Below are positions 57,969 to 64,000 of a stretch of DNA of 64,000 nt, piece after piece. The stretch comes from an uncultured delta proteobacterium (GTDB lineage Bacteria; Desulfobacterota; Desulfuromonadia; Geobacterales; Pseudopelobacteraceae). The translations under genes were made by a program, and so were the position numbers. Location of the stretch: the NCBI GenBank assembly GCA_963772835.1, contig CAVYYZ010000006.1, positions 48,782 to 112,781 on the forward strand, given 5' to 3'. The notes beneath the pieces are model-generated. The model ran no database searches. It worked only from the letters and a program-made list of their open reading frames with translations, and was not told the origin of the DNA. Positions within the stretch are counted from its first letter, which is position 1. Each line of letters opens with the position of its first letter.

Positions 57969-60701
57969 ATGAATGCCGGCCCAACCGAGAAGGTCCCGAC
58001 AGAGCAGTCAGCCCGTTCTCGCATGAACATTCCGGAATGGCTCTGCCTTGGTCATTGGCTCCCCTGGCTGGTGCTGGTTATGGGCCTGATGGTTACCTTC
58101 CTGTTATGGCGGCACGAACAGCAGATAGCTGCAGAGGAGCTGAAGGCCCACTTTGAATTTCGCGTACGCCGGGCCACCACCCTCATCAAACAACGCATGA
58201 TAGCCTACGAACAGGTCATGCACGGTGTTCAGGGTTTGTTTGCCGCTTCCGGGGTTGTGGGTCGCACGCAATTTCGGGAATATGTCGCAGCGCTGCAGTT
58301 GGGAACAAATTATCCCGGCATCCAGGGGGTGAGTTTTGCGCTGAATGTGCCTCTGGCGCAGAAGGCCGCCCATATCGCCGCTATTCGCGCGGAAGGTTTC
58401 CCCGACTACCGCATCATGCCTGAGGGGCAGCGTGAAAACTACATGCCGGTCATCTATCTGGAACCGTTCTCCGGCAGCAACTCACGTGTTTTTGGCTACG
58501 ACACCTACACCGAGCCGGTACGTCGCGCGGCCCTGGATCGGGCGCGTGAGACCGGCAAAGCATCTCTCTCCGGTAAAATCCGTCTTGTTCAGGAAACCGG
58601 CGAACGGGCCCAGGCCGGTGTCCTCATGTATCTGCCGGTGTATAAAAACGGCATTCCGCACAACACGCCAGCCTCCCGCCGCGCCAATCTCTTTGGCATG
58701 GTTGCTGCGTCGTTCCGCATGGACGATCTGATGGCCAGCCTGCACGGAGGGCGCGATAATGAGCTCGACATTGAAATTTACGACGGCACGGAAGTCTCAG
58801 GCAGTACATTGCTGCATGATTACGACGGTATCCGCTTCGCCGGTACGCTGAATGCGCCGCTTCAATCTCTTACAAACCTTGAAATTTCCGATCACACGTG
58901 GTTGATGGCGATCCGCCCCCTGGCGGGTTTCGAGACACGCCTTGCCAGTAATAAGCCGCAGATCATTGCGATTGCCGGCACCCTCCTGACTCTGCTGATG
59001 ACCCTGCTCACCTGCCAGCTGGCAAGCAGTCGTGCTCGCGCCATGGAGGCTGCCAGGGAGATGAACCGGGAGCTGATCGAAAGTGAAAAGCGCTACCGCA
59101 CCGTGGCTGATTTCGCCTCAAACTGGGAGTACTGGAGAGCCCCTGACGGAAGTTTCCGCTACGTTTCCCCTTCCTGCGTCCAGATTTGCGGTTATAGCCG
59201 TGAGGATTTTTATCGTGACCCGTTGCTGATGATGAAGATTATTCATCCGGTGGACGTTCCTCTCTTCAACACCCATATCCATACTAATTCGAAAAGCGGC
59301 TCTCCCCGGTCAATAGAATTCCGTATCATTACCCGTGATGGTCAACAACGCTGGATCGCCCATGTCTGCCGACCGGTGTTCGACGATGATGGCACGCCGC
59401 TCGGTCAGCGCGCCAGCAATCGCGACATCACCGAGCAAAGGCAGACGGAAGAAGAGCTGCGTCTCAGCGAGGAGCGCTATCGGCGCCTCTACAACGATAC
59501 CCCGGTCATGCTCCATTCCATCGATCATGACGGACGGTTGGTCAGCGTCAGCAATTACTGGCTCGAAACACTCGGCTATGAGAGAAACGAGGTGCTTGGA
59601 CGGATATCCACTGAATTTCATACGGCGGCGTCCCGTTCCTATGCGACCGGGGTCGTTCTTCCCGAATTTTTCCGAACCGGTTCCTGCAAGGAAGTGCCGT
59701 ACCAGATTGTGAAAAAAAACGGCGAGATTCTGGACGTCCACCTTTCCGCCATAGCGGAACGGGACAGCGAGGAGAAGATCGTCCGCTCGCTCGCCGTCAT
59801 GGTCGATGTGACCGAACAGAAACAGGCCGAGGCGGCACTTCATGAACAGGCGACGCTGCTTAAGGCTGAGGTGGCCGAACGGCGCCGGGCGCAGGAAGCA
59901 CTGACGGTCAAGCAGCTTCAACTCGAAGAATTGAACCGTTCGCTGGAGAGTCGGATTACGGAATCGGTTGCAGAACTGCGCAAGAATGACCAGATCATGA
60001 TTCTAAAATGCCGCCAGGCCGCCATGGGTGAGATGATTCACAACATCTCCCACCAGTGGCGACAGCCGCTCAACACCCTGGGAATGGTCATCCAGAACAT
60101 GTGTTATGAATTTGATGCAGGTCAGATTACCCCCGAGAAGATGGCATGCTACACGGAGCAGGTGATGGAACTGATCTGTTTCATGTCCCAGACAATCGAC
60201 GATTTCACCCGCTTCTTCCGCGAGGACCATGAGACTGTCTGCTTCAGCGTCAAGGAGAGCATTCGCAGGGCGACCAGCCTCGTAAGCGCCACCCTGAAGG
60301 ATCACGGTATTGCGTTAATCGTAGAACAGGATGAGGAAGTGCAGATCAATGGGCAACCCAACGAATATGCCCAGGTTCTGCTGAACCTGCTGAGCAATGC
60401 CAAGGACGTTCTGCTGGAGCGGGCGGTGACGTTACCCGTGATCACCATTAAAGTATTCCGCCAGAGTGAGCGTGCCGTGGTGACGATCGGCGACAATGCC
60501 GGCGGAATTCCCGATGATATCATCGACCGGGTCTTCGACCACAGTTTCACTACCAAGGCAGAGGGAAAGGGCTCCGGAATCGGACTGTACATGTCCAGAA
60601 CAATTATCGAGAAGCATATGGGGGGGCGCCTGACCGTCTCCAACGTGGGCGGCGGTGCAGAATTCAGGGTCGAAGTCGAAGCGGCGCAACCCGGTTCATA
60701 G
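57969..60701 (+). CDS. CHASE-PAS-PAS sensor histidine kinase
   Basis: TM-CHASE (YPGIQG, YLEP, LSGKIRLVQE)-TM, two PAS domains, HQWRQPL H-box, N/G boxes. Confidence 0.9.
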   Translation: MNAGPTEKVPTEQSARSRMNIPEWLCLGHWLPWLVLVMGLMVTFLLWRHEQQIAAEELKAHFEFRVRRATTLIKQRMIAYEQVMHGVQGLFAASGVVGRTQFREYVAALQLGTNYPGIQGVSFALNVPLAQKAAHIAAIRAEGFPDYRIMPEGQRENYMPVIYLEPFSGSNSRVFGYDTYTEPVRRAALDRARETGKASLSGKIRLVQETGERAQAGVLMYLPVYKNGIPHNTPASRRANLFGMVAASFRMDDLMASLHGGRDNELDIEIYDGTEVSGSTLLHDYDGIRFAGTLNAPLQSLTNLEISDHTWLMAIRPLAGFETRLASNKPQIIAIAGTLLTLLMTLLTCQLASSRARAMEAAREMNRELIESEKRYRTVADFASNWEYWRAPDGSFRYVSPSCVQICGYSREDFYRDPLLMMKIIHPVDVPLFNTHIHTNSKSGSPRSIEFRIITRDGQQRWIAHVCRPVFDDDGTPLGQRASNRDITEQRQTEEELRLSEERYRRLYNDTPVMLHSIDHDGRLVSVSNYWLETLGYERNEVLGRISTEFHTAASRSYATGVVLPEFFRTGSCKEVPYQIVKKNGEILDVHLSAIAERDSEEKIVRSLAVMVDVTEQKQAEAALHEQATLLKAEVAERRRAQEALTVKQLQLEELNRSLESRITESVAELRKNDQIMILKCRQAAMGEMIHNISHQWRQPLNTLGMVIQNMCYEFDAGQITPEKMACYTEQVMELICFMSQTIDDFTRFFREDHETVCFSVKESIRRATSLVSATLKDHGIALIVEQDEEVQINGQPNEYAQVLLNLLSNAKDVLLERAVTLPVITIKVFRQSERAVVTIGDNAGGIPDDIIDRVFDHSFTTKAEGKGSGIGLYMSRTIIEKHMGGRLTVSNVGGGAEFRVEVEAAQPGS

Positions 60702-61031
60702 CAGAGTGGCCCTGTGTGTGTCTGATGTGAATTTGAAGACGTATCACCGTCTACCAACCCGCTAAAAAACGGTACTATTCTTTCAGGATATGATGCTTTT
60801 TTGAACCGTCATGTTATATCTGTTAAAAAGTCAGAGTTATTGTTGCTATCCGCAAAAATAGCGATATAGTGTCTTCATTAAGACACTGATGTAACGTATA
60901 GGCACCCGCACGACAATGGTTTTTCGCCGTAAGCCAGCCACGGAAAATCTTTCAGCTGCATCCGCAAAAGAAAAGGACGATCTTCAGGGTAAGCGGGACA
61001 CAGTAGTTGGCAATTTCTTCGTGATGGAGGA

Positions 61032-63950
61032 ATGAATATGCTCTTCTTTCCCAGAATTTCTTGTTCGTATACTCCAAGCATCTGGCGGGGATTCGGCAGG
61101 GCTGTGCCGGGTTTCTTCATCGCTCTCTTTCTCTCATTATGTGCGAGCGGCACTCCGTCGGCTGTGGCATCTGTCAATCAAGTAAGTCCCGCTGTTCAGA
61201 AACCTTTTCCTGTCATTCAAGTACCAAAAGAGACGCTGGTCGTGGGCAGTGAACAGGAGTATCCCCCTTTTGCCACAGGCATGACCGATGCCACTGCAGG
61301 CGGTTTTACCGTTGACCTATGGAAGGCCGTGGCTGCTGAAGCCGGCTTGAATTACACCATCCGCGTGCTTCCTTTTCATCAGATCCTTCAGGAGTTTAAA
61401 GAGGGGAAAATCGATGTTTTGATCAATCTCGCGCTCTCGAATGACCGCCATAAGTTCGCCGATTTCAGTGTTCCCCATGTAACCGTCCACGGTGCGATCT
61501 TCGTACGCAAGGGGGAGTCAGGCATCCGCACAGAAGAAGACTTCGCCAGGAAATCCATCATTGTTCTCAAAGCCGATCTGGCACACGACTATGCCGTCTC
61601 CAAGGGGTGGGGAAAACAGCTGGTTCTGGTGGATACCTCCGCAGAAGGGATGCAGCTGCTGGCATCAGGCAAGCACGACGCGATGCTGCTGGCCAAACTG
61701 ACTGGAATGCAGACGCTGAAAGCAACGGGTTTGACCAATATTGAAGTACTGAAATCCCGGGCAGGGTACTCGCAAAAATTCGCGTTTGCCGTGCCGGAGG
61801 GGGAGGCAGTGCTGTTGGGCACGCTCAACGAAGGATTGGCGCTGACCAAGTCCAACGGCACGTACGATGCCCTGTACGAAAAATGGTTTGGTATCTACGA
61901 AGAGAAAGAGATCGGCCCGCGCGACGTACTGAAGTACATGATCCCTGTTGCCGCGCTCTTTCTGGGCCTCTTTGGGCATCTCTTCTATCGCCGGCACGTT
62001 GAACGCGAAGAGGCGGAGAGGAAATATCGTGATCTGTATGATAATGCGCCGGACATGTTTCTGTCGATCGAAGCCAGGAGTGCAACAGTCATTGATTGCA
62101 ATCAGACCTTGCTGAATATCCTGGGCTATTCCCGGGAAGAGATCGTTGGTCAGCCTTTGCTCGAACTTTATCACCCGGATTGTGCCGACCTTGTCCGGGC
62201 GGCGTTCCAGACGTTCATGTCCGACAAGGAAGTGCATGATGTGGAGCTTCAATTGCGGCGCAAGGACGGCAGCAAAGTCGAGGTGAGCTTGAATGCCTCG
62301 GCGGTATGCGACGAACACGGAGTCATATTGCGCAGTCGCTGTGTATTGCACGACATCTCCGCGCGCAAACAGGCGGAAAAAGCGGTGCAACAAGCAAATG
62401 CGTATAATCGAAGCTTGATTGAAGCCAGTATAGATCCTTTGGTGACCATTGGAACGGACGGCAAGATCACCGACGTGAACCAGGCCACTGAGGCGTGTAC
62501 AGGTTTCTCACGCGAGGAGCTTGTCGGCAGCGATTTCTCCGACTATTTTACCGACCCGGATAAAGCGAATGCTGGATATAAACAGGTGTTTCTAAACGGC
62601 ACAGTACAAGACTATCCGTTGGATATTAAGCATCGGGACGGACATTTGATCCCGGTGCTTTACAATGCCTCTGTTTATCGGGCCGCCGATGGTAAGGTCG
62701 CTGGTGTCTTTGCCGCTGCCCGTGACATCACCGAGCGCAAGCGGGCAGAGGAAGAGCAGGCTGGCGCTCGAGCAGCAACTCCAGCAGGCCCAGAAACTGG
62801 AGAGCCTCGGGGTGCTGGCCGGCGGCATCGCCCATGACTTCAACAACATCCTGGCGGTCATCATCTGCAATTGCTCTCTGGCAAAGCAACCGGCCGCACA
62901 TGGCTGAGGAGCTTCTTTCCGAAATAGAAACAGCTGCCGAACGTGCGGCTGATTTGTGCCGCCAGATGCTGGCCTACGCCGGAAAATCGCATGTCAACCT
63001 TGACTCAGGTCAGGATGCCGGCACTCGTGGATGATATGGTCAGGATGTTGAAAGCGACCATCAATCAGAATGTGGTCATCAAACTTGATCATGCGGATGA
63101 TCTGCCTTCCATTAGGGGCGATGCCAGCCAGATCAGGCAGATTGTCATGAATCTGATCATCAATGCATCAGAAGCAATCGGCGAAGCGCAGGGTGAGATT
63201 CGTGTATCGCTGTCAAAGACCGAGATCAGTGCGGGACAACCGGAAAAGGATCATCTCGGCAATATCATTACACCAGGCTCAGTATGTCTGCCTGGAAGTC
63301 ACTGACAACGGCTGCGGCATGGATGATGATACCAGACAGCGAATCTTCGAGCCGTTCTATACCACCAAATTTACCGGGCGCGGTCTGGGGATGTCGGCTG
63401 TACTGGGCATCATAACGGCACATAAGGGAGCATTGCAGCTATCCAGCCAACCGGGCCAGGGTTCAACCTTCACGGTCTACCTGCCTGTTGAGACACTGCA
63501 ACAGTCGGCGAAGAACCACTTCAGCAACTGTCCTCAGTGGTACCTGGCAGGGGAGCGGCACGATACTTGCTGGCAGAGGATGAGCCGCAGCTTATGCTGG
63601 TTGCGAAAACCCTGATGAAGGCGCTTGGATTCACGGTTTTTGAAGCATCAAACGGCAGGGAAGCGTTGGAGTTGTATCGTAAGAACGCTGAATATATCAC
63701 CCTGGTTGTGACTGATATCGGCATGCCGGTTATGGACGGTTATGAGCTGTTCAGTGAGCTGAAAAAAATCAACCCGGAGCTGCCGATCATTATTTCCAGC
63801 GGTTTTGGAGATATGACGGTTACCACACAGATGGCAGATGAAGAGGTAGCGGGTTTTCTGAGCAAGCCGTACAGCTTTGATCAGTTGCGGAAGGTGCTGA
63901 AGAGTGTTGTGGAGAATGCCGTCTACCAGAGCAATTCACGATCAGACTGA
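61032..63950 (+). pseudogene. Hybrid sensor kinase (periplasmic binding domain-PAS-PAS-HisKA-HATPase-REC) with at least 6 frame breaks
   Basis: EQEYPPF binding domain, PAS domains, [30 protein letters not shown]; spread over consecutive ORFs 61032, 62665, 62834, 62943, 63163, 63537. Confidence 0.85.
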
Positions 63951-64000
63951 TACTCTCTGGTCTTACCGCTGAGAGGATCCTTGAATCGCACCATCTGAGC

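Noticed and set aside
60702..61031. Possible structured leader before the hybrid kinase
   Set aside because: No recognisable riboswitch motif or convincing long stem by eye.
62750..63570. Programmed frameshifting or phase variation in the hybrid kinase
   Set aside because: No slippery heptamers or long homopolymers at the breaks, and there are too many breaks.

Overview
Bacterial chromosomal segment, most likely Geobacteraceae/Desulfuromonadia. This assignment is inferred from an OmpJ-like porin, a Geobacter-type GEMM-I riboswitch, an HgtR-like RHH protein, and the RNase Y/J plus zapA-6S-ygfA-rny-ymdB-tyrS block. (1) 1-20.7 kb: a divergent fatty-acid/lipid locus. Leftward is a beta-oxidation operon with accessory genes (secreted chalcone-isomerase-fold protein, Fe-S protein, hydrolases). 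Rightward are RHH-fadL-surface lipase-SCP2. The two promoters are near-identical and share a palindrome, and three consecutive gene junctions carry long periodic inverted repeats. (2) 20.9-28.8 kb: a SulP transporter convergent with an operon under two tandem Moco-type riboswitches (divergent moaE, porin, FG-GAP protein, two different TupA-like binding proteins, no permease or ATPase). (3) 29-46.5 kb: housekeeping genes (smc, ftsY, zapBA, 6S, rny, ymdB, tyrS, rnj, plsC, RF-like, rRNA methyltransferase, mog), with a cGAMP-type riboswitch and an Fn3 lipoprotein between smc and ftsY. (4) 46.7-57.6 kb: a sigma54-controlled module (AOR, two ubiquitin-like proteins, HAAT ABC transporter, Fe-ADH, thioesterase). 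(5) 58-64 kb: two PAS sensor kinases, the last broken by many frameshifts that look like sequence errors. All calls come from reading motifs by eye; no database searches were run.
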